DNA from: Planctomycetota bacterium
GTDB taxonomy: Bacteria > Planctomycetota > B15-G4
Direction of reading: 5' to 3'
DNA: 64,000 nucleotides
NCBI GenBank assembly: GCA_038212275.1
Contig: JBBQUR010000018.1
Span: forward strand, 32,001 to 96,000
Positions 39,601 to 48,232 of this stretch are shown one piece after another (positions within the stretch are counted from its first letter, which is position 1; each line of letters begins with the position of its first letter). The position numbers were made by a program, and so were the translations under genes. The notes below the pieces were generated by a model. It saw only the letters and a list, made by a program, of their open reading frames with translations. It did not search any database and had not been told where the DNA came from.

Positions 39601-39819
39601 GAGACCACCGACTTCCATCCGCTGATGCTCGGTTTCGGAGAGGCCTTCAAGGACTCGGGCGACGTCAAGTACATGCAGCGGGCCGTGGAAGAGTTCGAGG
39701 GCTTCGCCGCGCACGACAACGGCGAGTACTCGAACAACCTCTACAACATCGAAACGCGCCTCGACGTGCAGCACTTCCTGCGCACCTACCTCGACTGGAT
39801 CGGGGCGGGCCAGAACTGA
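36673..39819 (+). CDS. Large exported or membrane-anchored protein: TM helix, coiled coil, linker, YetA/PcRGLX (PL26)-like lyase body
   Basis: Hydrophobic LVAGAIPCAIGLVLILAGV; K/Q/E-rich heptads; TFGIPF...ATWPSGYVKWALVD; ENGPARAVVRADG; aromatic-rich helical C-terminus. Confidence 0.7.
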   Translation: MNDANNGRPVPGQPHTHAPEGSAPRRRPGIPHLVAGAIPCAIGLVLILAGVDAPSRDRGAGPSNLQRSEAAAAVATPSRDELPQPGFTMPRLEAEFADRHGPVALGGDIVLEGLRDQEPSAELDVKQQNSVDKLLSKIAKQETKISTKQEQIATYDAELALAQQALLDAEALPQSTPAEIKARDKAIKKAHAALLKWQKKIDKANAKIDVSEGKIVSYQAQIEELDPGNDAAGGDPGDETPPPDQDGNGDDGQSTPSGGVVSVPLIVKEALPSGITGLTRTGAISTFGIPFAESDQVGTVNGRPALSVLNSETWQFRALATWPSGYVKWALVDVAADVPAGGANTSLEILNGVGRSSPDDIAFDNGNLITVNTGDLVMQISKTGFDVFHQVWVGGTQIVAAGASGGIVGVAVDGTTLIVPKPGSVTVVVEENGPARAVVRADGMLHTLSGQDLFDFTCRIIARAGSNDVQVDFTVRNANINMPHHVVIDSLGIVTRVTTGADAVATLSKHNGPLTSPMAPSDSIFLHQAQSSAYAYNTVYTMLGQDGYQIVKNGTPLYALGDKTKYPLHGYADLTGATGGVTVAYKDMPYKSPASLEMFGNGDVLAGLFSSKHEPGHFWTFTWRQHESRTVSFSFHAGQGGNPAAVATALDLPVVGRAADYLQYDRTKVLPYRLVTLAQENQAFAAMGLNYSVSVHNLYQVVTRYLYAHETGGNNNHDSVERQLGGEWLRQGYGGQYLTGLDLALYKSEWQIRRSDNFLDKNDPGPANPELPHESGFEGDYEHRYLDGIILAYWLTGDPRFRDALFDDGEILNHLYFYAQERGMVQSLRAIALVGEFTGDPGGLLKAELKAWLQTYCTKIVDITVPDPYLIGWGWQAAPGQGTRRFFATNVGANSAPPQGENYTSRGFFAASLAPLGMYHAARWLGTADPQGALARARLSDLAYFTREELYPYKANPAARYLTYNYGMNSKQSLISETTDFHPLMLGFGEAFKDSGDVKYMQRAVEEFEGFAAHDNGEYSNNLYNIETRLDVQHFLRTYLDWIGAGQN

Positions 39820-39850
39820 CGCGGGCGAGGGCAGGCCCCGCGCGTGCGGT

Positions 39851-40597
39851 TCAGCGCGCGGGCTTGCGCAGCACGGCGAAGAGCGACACGCCGAAGGGCA
39901 GGTTCACGCGCTTCTCGAGCGCGATCTCCGTGGCGGTGATGGCGCCCGCGAGCGCTTCGACGGGCGCAGGCATCGGCACCGCGAAGTCCGACGTGGCCGC
40001 GTGCGCGTCCCCGCCGGCGAGGCGTCGCCACCGGCGCAGAGCGAACACCGGCAGGAACAGGGTCATCGAGCTGTAGCTCACGCGCTCCGCGACGTAGCCC
40101 ACGCCGGTGAGGCGCCCCCGGAACTGGCCGCGCCGGTAGCGGCGCCTGTGCTGGTAGGCGTCGTCGTGCGGGCTCCACAGGCTCATGAAGGCCGGCACCG
40201 TGGCGATGAGCACGCCGCCCGGACGCAGGACGCGGAAGGTCTCGGCCATCGCCGCGATGTCGTCGTCGAAGTGCTCGAAGGCGTCCAGCGCGAGCACGAC
40301 ATCGAAGCTGCCCTGCGCGAACGGCAGCGCCATCGCATCGCCCTTCACGAGGCGCGTGATGCCGCGCTGCCGGCACAGCCGGATCGTCTCGTCCGAGATG
40401 TCGATGCCGCGGATCCGCCCGAAGTCCGCCAGGAAGCGGAAGGACATGCCCGTCGCGGAGGCGAGGTCGAGAATCTCCAGCGGCCGCTGCGGCGGCGCGA
40501 AGCGCAGCAGTCCGGAGCGCACCAGCTCACGCCTCCCGCGATACCACCAGTGCGTTTCCTCGACCGCGAACATCCGGTCGAATTCGGCGGTATTCAC
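39851..40597 (-). CDS. Class I SAM-dependent methyltransferase
   Basis: HWWYRGRR, ILDLASATG, GDAMALPF...FDVV, VLRPGG, HRRRY; GTG start overlaps upstream stop. Confidence 0.9.
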   Translation of the reverse strand: MNTAEFDRMFAVEETHWWYRGRRELVRSGLLRFAPPQRPLEILDLASATGMSFRFLADFGRIRGIDISDETIRLCRQRGITRLVKGDAMALPFAQGSFDVVLALDAFEHFDDDIAAMAETFRVLRPGGVLIATVPAFMSLWSPHDDAYQHRRRYRRGQFRGRLTGVGYVAERVSYSSMTLFLPVFALRRWRRLAGGDAHAATSDFAVPMPAPVEALAGAITATEIALEKRVNLPFGVSLFAVLRKPAR

Positions 40598-41706
40598 TCC
40601 GGGCCGACGCGCGTGCGGGCCGCGTGCTCGAAGGCCATGATCACGCGCGTGACCATGACCATGCAGAGGAAGCTCCCGCCCAGCAGCAGGTAGCGGTAGC
40701 CGGGGGGCGCGAACGCCGCCAGGATGCCGACGCCGGCGAAGAAGATGCCCAGCCCCCACAGGATCACGACGGCCTCCACCGAGGTGAATCCGGCGCGCAC
40801 GAGCCGGTGACTCAGGTGATGGTTGTCGCCGAGGTAGATCGGCCGCTTCTCGAACACGCGCATCAGCACCACGAAGGCCGCATCGAACAGCGGGACGCTC
40901 ATGATGAGGACGCCCGGGATGAGGTTGCTGATGCCGATGTCGAAGACGTTCTTGTCGGGGAAGCCGCGCACCATGTCGAACTGGATCCAGCCCATCAGGA
41001 AACCGACGAACATGCTTCCGGCATCGCCGAGGAAGACGCGCGATCGCGGGAAGTTCCAGGGCATGAAGCCCAGCAGCCCGCCGACCAGAAGCACCGCGAT
41101 GAGCAGCGTGCGCACGCTGTTGCCGCTGCCCAGGTACACCAGCGAGGCGAGGAAGGCGACGATCGACAGCCCCGACATCAACCCGTTCATGTTGTCCGAG
41201 AAGTTGAACGAGTTGACGATGGTCAGGAACCAGCACAGGAAAAAGAGCTGGTAGAGCCACTCGCCGGCCGTGCCGCCCTCCAGCAGCAGCCGCCACAGGT
41301 GCGGCCACGCCAGCACGAGCACGCCCGTGATCTGGCCCGCGAGCTTGAGCTGGAAGGCCATGCGGTCCTTGAAGACGTCATCGATCAGGCCGATGAGGAA
41401 GATGATCCCGGCGGCCACGAGCACCGACAGGATCTCGTGCAGCTTGAGGTCCACGGTCAGCGAGTCCTGCACGAGGCGATCGACCGACAGCAGGCCGATG
41501 GCCACCGCCAGGAAGACGCCGACGCCGCCGAGCAGCGGCGTCACCTTGCCGTGCTGCTTGCGCCCGCCCGGGTGGTCCACGATGTTGCAGCGCCGCGCTA
41601 CCCAGATGCACACCGGCACCACGACGAGCGCCACAAGAAAGGCCACGCTGAGGCCCTGCGCCGCCATCGTCATCACCGGACTCAAAGCAAGCACGCTCCA
41701 CCGCAT
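40594..41706 (-). CDS. Polyprenyl-phosphate HexNAc-1-phosphate transferase (WecA/TagO, MraY family)
   Basis: RKQHGKVTPLLGG, GLIDD, NSFNFSDNMNGL, FLGDAGS, HHLSHRL; many TM helices. Confidence 0.92.
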   Translation of the reverse strand: MRWSVLALSPVMTMAAQGLSVAFLVALVVVPVCIWVARRCNIVDHPGGRKQHGKVTPLLGGVGVFLAVAIGLLSVDRLVQDSLTVDLKLHEILSVLVAAGIIFLIGLIDDVFKDRMAFQLKLAGQITGVLVLAWPHLWRLLLEGGTAGEWLYQLFFLCWFLTIVNSFNFSDNMNGLMSGLSIVAFLASLVYLGSGNSVRTLLIAVLLVGGLLGFMPWNFPRSRVFLGDAGSMFVGFLMGWIQFDMVRGFPDKNVFDIGISNLIPGVLIMSVPLFDAAFVVLMRVFEKRPIYLGDNHHLSHRLVRAGFTSVEAVVILWGLGIFFAGVGILAAFAPPGYRYLLLGGSFLCMVMVTRVIMAFEHAARTRVGPE

Positions 41707-41799
41707 CGAACGAACAGCGACGAATCTACCTTGCGCGAGGTAGCCGGGCTACTCCGGCGACGACAGACCTCCCGTTCTCCGCCGCGCACGGCCGACCGG

Positions 41800-42861
41800 T
41801 CAGGTGGCAAGGCTCAGTCCGCGGCGGGCGAACCAGTCGAACACGCCGTCCACCTCGCACAGCACCTCAGCCAGCGAGCTCTCCTCGTTCACGGCGAAAC
41901 GCTTCAGCTCCAGCCGCGGCGTCCTGCTGTCGTTGAAGCCGGGCATCGCCGTGATCGCGCTCGTGAACCCGAGTTCTCCGAGGATCTGCAGCGTGGCGGG
42001 GTTGTAGTCCCACGTGCGCCCGTAGGGATAGGCGAACGTCGGCACCGCGTGCCCCAGCCAGGCCTGCAGGTCCCGCAACGAGCCTTCGATTTCGCGCCGC
42101 TGTTCCGCGGCGTCCAGCGACGAAAGCACGAGGTGATTGACGGTGTGGGCGCCGACCTCCACACCGGCCCGATCGAGCGCGCGGCACTCCTCGGGCCCCA
42201 GGTAGACGGAGCGCGCCAGGCTCGCGTCGTCGCCGCCGATGGCGCGGAAAGCGATGTCGAGGATCCGGTCGCGATCCGCGGCCGCCAGTTCATACTTGAG
42301 CACGCGCTTGAGCTGGTACTCGGCCGCGACCGGGTCGGTCGGCAGGGCCGACAGGTCCGTCTTCAGGCCGGCACCCTGCAAGTGGCCGGCAATCAGCTCC
42401 GCGAGCTTGTGCGGCCCTTCCTTGTGCAGCACCCAGAAGTAGTGGTGCAACCAATTGAGCGTGCCGTGCATCGGGCCGGTCTGGACGTAGATCGTCGCCG
42501 TCGCCTCGTGGCGCTGGAGGATCGGCAGCAGCCGGTCGAGGTTGTCGCGATAGCCGTCGTCGAAGGTCAGCACGAGCTTGTCCGCCGGCCGCTCGCCGCG
42601 CTGCAGTGCCCCGACCATGCCGCTGACGGTCAGCGTGCCGTAGCCGGCTCGCCCGAGCGCGTCGAGCAGCTCCTCGAGCTTGCCTTCGCTGACCTTCATG
42701 TGGCCGGGCAGGTAGTCCGTCTCGGGCGGATTCCCGACGTTGTGGAACATGAGCACCGGCACGCCGGAGCGGCTGGCCCGGAATCGCCGTCTCAGGCCCG
42801 TGACGTGGAAGAGCGTGGCAAGCGTGCTGCGCAGTGCGCGCTTGATGCGATGCTTGATCAT
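41800..42861 (-). CDS. Polysaccharide deacetylase (CE4/NodB family)
   Basis: VLMFHNV, LTFDDGYRDN, GAHTVNH, FAYPYG. Confidence 0.92.
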   Translation of the reverse strand: MIKHRIKRALRSTLATLFHVTGLRRRFRASRSGVPVLMFHNVGNPPETDYLPGHMKVSEGKLEELLDALGRAGYGTLTVSGMVGALQRGERPADKLVLTFDDGYRDNLDRLLPILQRHEATATIYVQTGPMHGTLNWLHHYFWVLHKEGPHKLAELIAGHLQGAGLKTDLSALPTDPVAAEYQLKRVLKYELAAADRDRILDIAFRAIGGDDASLARSVYLGPEECRALDRAGVEVGAHTVNHLVLSSLDAAEQRREIEGSLRDLQAWLGHAVPTFAYPYGRTWDYNPATLQILGELGFTSAITAMPGFNDSRTPRLELKRFAVNEESSLAEVLCEVDGVFDWFARRGLSLAT

Positions 42862-42892
42862 CCGTGTTCGCGTTCGGGTTTCGGTGTGTGGC

Positions 42893-43978
42893 TCACGAGG
42901 ACATGTGCTCCGCATCGCGATCGCCGTCGGCCAGGTGCCAGCAATGCATGGCAAAGGCGTCGGGCGGGACATCGGTGCGACAGCCGCGCACGATGAAGGG
43001 GAAGATATCCCGGAAGGGCCGCTCGCGCGAAGGCCGCTCCCAGCCCAGTTCCCGCAGGGCCGTCGAGGCGGGATCGTGGTCGAAGAGCAGCGCGCTGGCC
43101 TCCTCCATCCCCCGCGCGCCGGCCATGACGGTGAACGCGAGCAGCAGGGTCGCGCGGGCCGACGCGTCCGCGGCAAGATGGTCCACCAGGAAGGCATGCC
43201 CCGCCTGGAATTCCGCGACGACGTAGCCGCGCAGCGCGCCGTCCGCCGCGACGAGCCCCAGGCATTCCTGTCGCCGGCTCGGCGTGTCCACGTAGCGCCA
43301 GTTGAGCCAGTCGGCGGAACGCACGCCGACAAGCCCGCTCGCCGGAGCGCATGCCTCGAAGAGCCGGTCCACGCGCTCGTCGAAGCGCGCCAGCCGCACC
43401 AGCTCGGCGGCGCCGCCCCCGGCCTTCGAGCGCGCCAGCAGTGCGCGATGGCGCCAGCCGAGTCCCACGTCGAGCAGCGGTGCGAACACCGCCGCGAGCG
43501 GCCCCAGACGCCCCGCCCGCAGCAGCGAGCGCCGGCTGCGGAAGCGCCGGCGCAGCAGCGGCGCATCGCCGATGTGCTGCCAGCCGTTGCGCAGGAAACC
43601 CTTGAGCGACAAGCGGCCCGAGTAGGCCCATACGGTGGGAAACCCGGCCACGCCGGCTGCGGTGCACACCTCATTGTCCAGCCCCGTGAAGATGCCCTGC
43701 CCCTGCCACTCGGGAAGCGTCATCGCATCGCTGGCCTGCATCAACAGCAGCGGACGCCCGTCATGCAGAAAGCGCCGCGGCACGTAGCTGTAGCTGCCCA
43801 CCACGGCCCCGGACTCGTCGCAGGCGACGCGCGAGATCGCTGGGCCGTCCGGATTGCGCAGATACTTCCAGTCGAAGGTCGCGTCGTCCTTCGACTTCCG
43901 GAAGCAGACGTTGAACAGGTGCGCCTGGGCGGACAGGTCCTCCGGCCGTGCGGCGCGCACGGAGAACGCCCGCTTCAT
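42893..43978 (-). CDS. GNAT-family N-acyltransferase (probably tandem GNAT)
   Basis: FDWKYLRNPDG, DAMTLPEWQGQGIF (acyl-CoA motif A), RSADWLNWRY. Confidence 0.8.
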   Translation of the reverse strand: MKRAFSVRAARPEDLSAQAHLFNVCFRKSKDDATFDWKYLRNPDGPAISRVACDESGAVVGSYSYVPRRFLHDGRPLLLMQASDAMTLPEWQGQGIFTGLDNEVCTAAGVAGFPTVWAYSGRLSLKGFLRNGWQHIGDAPLLRRRFRSRRSLLRAGRLGPLAAVFAPLLDVGLGWRHRALLARSKAGGGAAELVRLARFDERVDRLFEACAPASGLVGVRSADWLNWRYVDTPSRRQECLGLVAADGALRGYVVAEFQAGHAFLVDHLAADASARATLLLAFTVMAGARGMEEASALLFDHDPASTALRELGWERPSRERPFRDIFPFIVRGCRTDVPPDAFAMHCWHLADGDRDAEHMSS

Positions 43979-45207
43979 GCGCCGGCGACGCCCGCGGCCA
44001 GCCGCGTCTTGTCGCTCACCTCGCGCACGGCGCGCTCGGCGTCGCGCGGCTGCAGCTCGTTCTGCCAGCAGCCTGCGCGCGCGTGGCTCTCGATCAACGT
44101 CGGCCGTCCCTCTCCGTCGTCGCCGGCGTGCAGCACGCGGACATGCGCGTGCACCAGCATGCGCCGGTCGGCGAACCAGCGCTGCCAGGCCGCCAGGATG
44201 TCGCGCGTGTGGCCGGGGCGCCCGATGACGTGCTGCACGACAGCGGTCATGCCGGTGACGCGGATGACATCCACGGCGCTCTCGAGGCGGGCGCGCATCG
44301 GGTCGTCCATCGGCGCCGGTCCCGGCGCGGACGGATCCACCGGCGGGCAGACGAGCACCTCGCGGCAGCCGCCGTTCGCGAGCGTGACGGCGGCCATCGG
44401 GTCGAGGTGATCGGCGCGCACGCGGCAGCTCCACGGCACGCCGGGCGCGACGCCGAACATGCCGCGCGACAGTCCGCGCACGAGCTGGATGTCCTGGCAG
44501 AGGTCGCGATCCGTGAAGACGATCCAGCGCGCTCCGCTGCGATGCACCGCGTGACGGACCTGCGCGAGGCCGCTCGCCAGTCCCTCACGGCCGCACACCA
44601 CGTCCGCCCTGCGCACACCGTCGGGGGCGTGCGCGTCGAGCGCGTCGAGCGGCAGGACGTGCCAGGCAGGCAGCACGCCGGGAAAATCCTCGGGACGGTC
44701 GGCGGGGAGCGGCGGCGTCGCGACGATCTGCCCGTCGAGGCGGTGGAGCAGCCCCGGCACGTGGTCCGGCCGCCACGTCCCGACGAGCGAGGCGTGGCCG
44801 AGCCCCATGAGCGCGCCGGACAGGCGCGGAAACGTCGCCAGCAGTTCGCGCCCGTAGCGGGCGGCCAGCGGCCCCGCGGCAAGCACGGGCCCGGTGCCCG
44901 GCCAGCCCGACAGCACGGAGCGCAGCGGGGCCGCGTTCGGGACCGGATTGTCGGCGATGAAACTCCCGCCCGCCCACAGCAGCACGAGGTCCGCCCGCCA
45001 CAGCCGCACTTCGCGGCGCACGACACGGCTTCCGAGCTTTTCGCTGTCCTGGTCGAGGAGCCGCACTTCGGCGCCGAGGTGCAGCAGCTGCGCGGCCAGC
45101 AGCACCGCATCGCGCGGCGGCAGGCCGCGCGCCTCGGAGCTCGCGAAGCGCAGCCCGCGCGTCGGCGTGCGCGTGACGACGATGGCAATGCGCCAGCGCT
45201 GGTTCAT
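43975..45207 (-). CDS. B12-radical-SAM-like protein lacking CxxxCxxC (putative pseudoenzyme)
   Basis: Collinear by eye with 35077..36495 (LPPRD..AAQL, LPAWHVLPL, VFTD, WSCRVRAD, IGRPGHT) but no cluster motif. Confidence 0.7.
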   Translation of the reverse strand: MNQRWRIAIVVTRTPTRGLRFASSEARGLPPRDAVLLAAQLLHLGAEVRLLDQDSEKLGSRVVRREVRLWRADLVLLWAGGSFIADNPVPNAAPLRSVLSGWPGTGPVLAAGPLAARYGRELLATFPRLSGALMGLGHASLVGTWRPDHVPGLLHRLDGQIVATPPLPADRPEDFPGVLPAWHVLPLDALDAHAPDGVRRADVVCGREGLASGLAQVRHAVHRSGARWIVFTDRDLCQDIQLVRGLSRGMFGVAPGVPWSCRVRADHLDPMAAVTLANGGCREVLVCPPVDPSAPGPAPMDDPMRARLESAVDVIRVTGMTAVVQHVIGRPGHTRDILAAWQRWFADRRMLVHAHVRVLHAGDDGEGRPTLIESHARAGCWQNELQPRDAERAVREVSDKTRLAAGVAGA

Positions 45208-46562
45208 CCTCGGGTCGCTCCCGCCTCGGTCGTGTGCGTGTCGTCCTGCGTCGCGCCCGTCCCGGGGACAGGGCTGCCTCCAGTGTGTGTCGCGGAGGCC
45301 CCGCTCGCCAGCACCTGCCGATACACGGAGAGCGAGCTGTCGATGGCGGCCTCCATGCCGAAGACTTCCTGCGCGCGCCGCCGTCCCGCCTCGCCGAAGC
45401 GCCGGCTCAGTTCGGGGTCCTGCAGCAGCTGGAGCAGCCGGTTCGCGAGAGAATCCACCTGCACAGGATTCACGAGGAAGCCGGTGACTCCATCGACGAC
45501 CACATCCGCGGGGCCGCCCCACATCGAGGCTACGACGGGTCGGCCCGCCGCCATCGCCTCCAGATTGATGAGCCCGAAGGACTCGAAGCAGAGGGAGGGC
45601 GTCGCGACCACGTCGGCCACGCGGTAGGCGGCGCGCAACTCGTCGCCGGCGAGCCAGCCCGTTGCGAGCAGGCCATCGGCGATGCCGAGCCGCGCAGCCA
45701 GGCCGGTCATCTCCTCGTGGAAGCCGGGCAGCGATTCACCGACCGTCAGCAGCACGGCGGAGGGCAGGTGCCGGCGCACGAGAGCCAGCGCGCGCAGCAG
45801 CTCGAGACCACCCTTGAGCCGGTCGAGGCGTCCCCCGTAGAGGATGACCGGACGGTTCTCGAGGTGCAGGCGCTGTCTCAGCGCCGCCACGACGGACTCG
45901 TCCACGTCACCGGCGCCCGCCGGCAGGCCGTTCCAGATCGTGGTGCAGGGGCCGATGCCGTTCTGTGCGAGCGCGGCGCCCATCTCGTCCGAGACGGCCA
46001 CGAGCCGGTCCACGTCGCGGGCAAGCACCTTCCGGATCGTGCGATTGCGGAAGGGGTTGTATCGGCCGCGCACGCAGAGTGCGCACTTCACCGGGCCGTT
46101 GCGATAGACGACCGGATCGCCCGGACGCAGCCGCTCGTCGAGGTGGCAGAACATCTTCTGGTGACACACCGGCATGATGTCGTGGATGTGCAGCACCACC
46201 CTGGCGCCGCCACGACGCGCCGCGGCCAGCGCCGCGTACGACAGGTGGATGTGCAGGTTGTGCACGTGCACGACATCGGGCCTGAAGGCGGCGACGGCCC
46301 GCTCCATCGCGGCGACGCCGGGCGCATTGTCGAGGCTTCGCCACGCGCGGAAGCGCAGCGGATACGCCGGCGACGGCTCGACGCGCACCTCCACACCGCC
46401 TTCGCGAAAGATCCTGGCGGGCGCCCCCTGCGCAGCCTTGTCCTGCGTGGTCGAGAGAAATCCGACCTCGTGCCCGCGCGCGGCGAGGCCTTCCGCGATG
46501 CGCACGGCGACGCCCGCAGCGGAGCTGCGTCCGTAGAGGTCATTCGCCAGCAGGATGCGCAT
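45204..46562 (-). CDS. Glycosyltransferase family 4
   Basis: PDVVHVHN, GRLDRLKG, ESFGLINLEAMAAGRPVV. Confidence 0.93.
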   Translation of the reverse strand: MRILLANDLYGRSSAAGVAVRIAEGLAARGHEVGFLSTTQDKAAQGAPARIFREGGVEVRVEPSPAYPLRFRAWRSLDNAPGVAAMERAVAAFRPDVVHVHNLHIHLSYAALAAARRGGARVVLHIHDIMPVCHQKMFCHLDERLRPGDPVVYRNGPVKCALCVRGRYNPFRNRTIRKVLARDVDRLVAVSDEMGAALAQNGIGPCTTIWNGLPAGAGDVDESVVAALRQRLHLENRPVILYGGRLDRLKGGLELLRALALVRRHLPSAVLLTVGESLPGFHEEMTGLAARLGIADGLLATGWLAGDELRAAYRVADVVATPSLCFESFGLINLEAMAAGRPVVASMWGGPADVVVDGVTGFLVNPVQVDSLANRLLQLLQDPELSRRFGEAGRRRAQEVFGMEAAIDSSLSVYRQVLASGASATHTGGSPVPGTGATQDDTHTTEAGATRG

Positions 46563-46724
46563 GCCGGGATCCGTTGTCGCCTGTCGTGCGGGTGGATCTC
46601 AACCGCAATCCGTCGCGGTCACCCGAGCGGCGCCGGAGCACGTCCCGGCTGCGGACGCTCCGGGGCCCGGACCGTGAGGCCCGATCAAAGCTCGCGAGGG
46701 CGCCGCAGGGAGCCGGAGGAGTCC

Positions 46725-48176
46725 TCAGATCTCCACGCCGGCATCGCTGATGGCGGCCGGCGCCTTCACCTTGCCGAAGCTGAACGCGCGCGCAAGGCGG
46801 GCCTTGCCCTCGTCCTTGTTCTCCCAGTAGTAGCGCATGCGCGCCAGGAAGCGTCGCGTGCGGGCGGGCCGCATCTCGTACCAGGCCTCGTAGTCCTCGA
46901 CCAGCGTGCGCTTGATGCGGTTGAGCGCGTCGTTATCGAAGTTCTCGTGGATGTAGGGGCTGCGGTCGCTGTCCACGTATTCGGTCTTCACCAGCGTCGG
47001 ATCGATGCGATCCTTGAACTGGTTGAACGAGGCCGTGGCCGTCAGCGGGTTGAAGAGCGAGGTGCGCACGCGGTCGGGCATGCCCTCGCGCAGCACGGCC
47101 GCCGTGTTGTCGATGTCCTCCATGGTCTCGCCGGGCGTGCCGACGATGAGGAAGACCTTGGTCCAGATGCCGGCGCGACGCGTGATCTTCAACGCCTCGA
47201 CGACCTTCTCGACCTTGTAGTCCTTCACGAGAGTGTCGAGGCTGCGCTGGCTGCCCGACTCCACGCCGAAGTACATGCGGTTGAAGCCGGCGCGCTTCAT
47301 GGTGTGCGCCATGTCGTAGTCGAGCATGTCCACGCGCGTTTCGCAGGACATGTTCAGCTTGAGCCCGCGGGCGATGATGCCCTCGCAGATCTCGTAGACG
47401 CGCTTCTTCTGGCACGTGAACAGCTCGTCGATGAAGAGCACGTTTCCGGGCTGGAAGGTGTCGTGGATGAGCTGCAGCTCGTCGAGGATGTTCTTGACGG
47501 AGCGCGTGCGGAAGCCGCGGCCGGTGAGCTCCTTCTGGCAGAACACGCAGCGGAAGGGGCATCCGCGGCTCGTGAAGATGTAGAAGAGCTTTTCCTTGTT
47601 CATCGCGGCGTAGCGATCGAAAGGCAGCTTGTCCCACGCCGGGAACGGAATGCGATCGAGGTCCTTGATGAGCGGCGGCTGCGGCATGGTGTGCCGGGTG
47701 CCGTCCGCGCGGTCGAAGGCGATGCCGGGCACCGCACCGAGGGCGTCGCGGCCCTGCTCCACCCCGCGCATGAAGTCCACGATGCTGTCCTCGGCCTCGC
47801 CGCCGATGACGTAGTCGATCGCCTTGCTGTCGAGGAAGGTGTCCACGTCCACGGTGGCGTGCGGGCCGCCCATGACGGTGATGAGCCTGGGGTTGTAGCC
47901 CTTGGCCTTCTGGGCGTAGCGGATGGCGCGGTTCACGTGCGGCGTCAGCGCGGAGAGGCCGAGGATCTCGGCCTTGCGCAGGAAGTTGTCCACCTCGGCC
48001 TCGGTGCAGACGCGCTCGTCGCAGCACTCGACGTCGCAGCCGGCCTGCTTGAGGATGGCCGCGAGGTAGATGATCCCGAGCGGCATCGCGATGAAGAAGT
48101 CGTCCTGCCCAGGGGGCGTGACATACATCAAGACGATCTTCTTCTTGGTGACGGTGGCGGAAGTCGCTTGGGTCAT
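46725..48176 (-). CDS. Cobalamin-binding-domain radical SAM enzyme
   Basis: PLGIIYLAA, GGPHAT, GEAE, SRGCPFRCVFC, FGVESGS, IVGTPGET; start 48176 or 48236. Confidence 0.93.
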   Translation of the reverse strand: MTQATSATVTKKKIVLMYVTPPGQDDFFIAMPLGIIYLAAILKQAGCDVECCDERVCTEAEVDNFLRKAEILGLSALTPHVNRAIRYAQKAKGYNPRLITVMGGPHATVDVDTFLDSKAIDYVIGGEAEDSIVDFMRGVEQGRDALGAVPGIAFDRADGTRHTMPQPPLIKDLDRIPFPAWDKLPFDRYAAMNKEKLFYIFTSRGCPFRCVFCQKELTGRGFRTRSVKNILDELQLIHDTFQPGNVLFIDELFTCQKKRVYEICEGIIARGLKLNMSCETRVDMLDYDMAHTMKRAGFNRMYFGVESGSQRSLDTLVKDYKVEKVVEALKITRRAGIWTKVFLIVGTPGETMEDIDNTAAVLREGMPDRVRTSLFNPLTATASFNQFKDRIDPTLVKTEYVDSDRSPYIHENFDNDALNRIKRTLVEDYEAWYEMRPARTRRFLARMRYYWENKDEGKARLARAFSFGKVKAPAAISDAGVEI

Positions 48177-48232
48177 GTGGGACACCGGGGTGTGAGACGG
48201 AGAGGAACTCAGGTCGCGGCGGGCCTGCGGAA

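Noticed and set aside
35077..48176. Radical SAMs as RiPP maturases, or hopanoid/ladderane enzymes
   Set aside because: No precursor peptide, SPASM cysteines, squalene cyclase or fatty-acid synthase genes nearby; the context is glycosyltransferases
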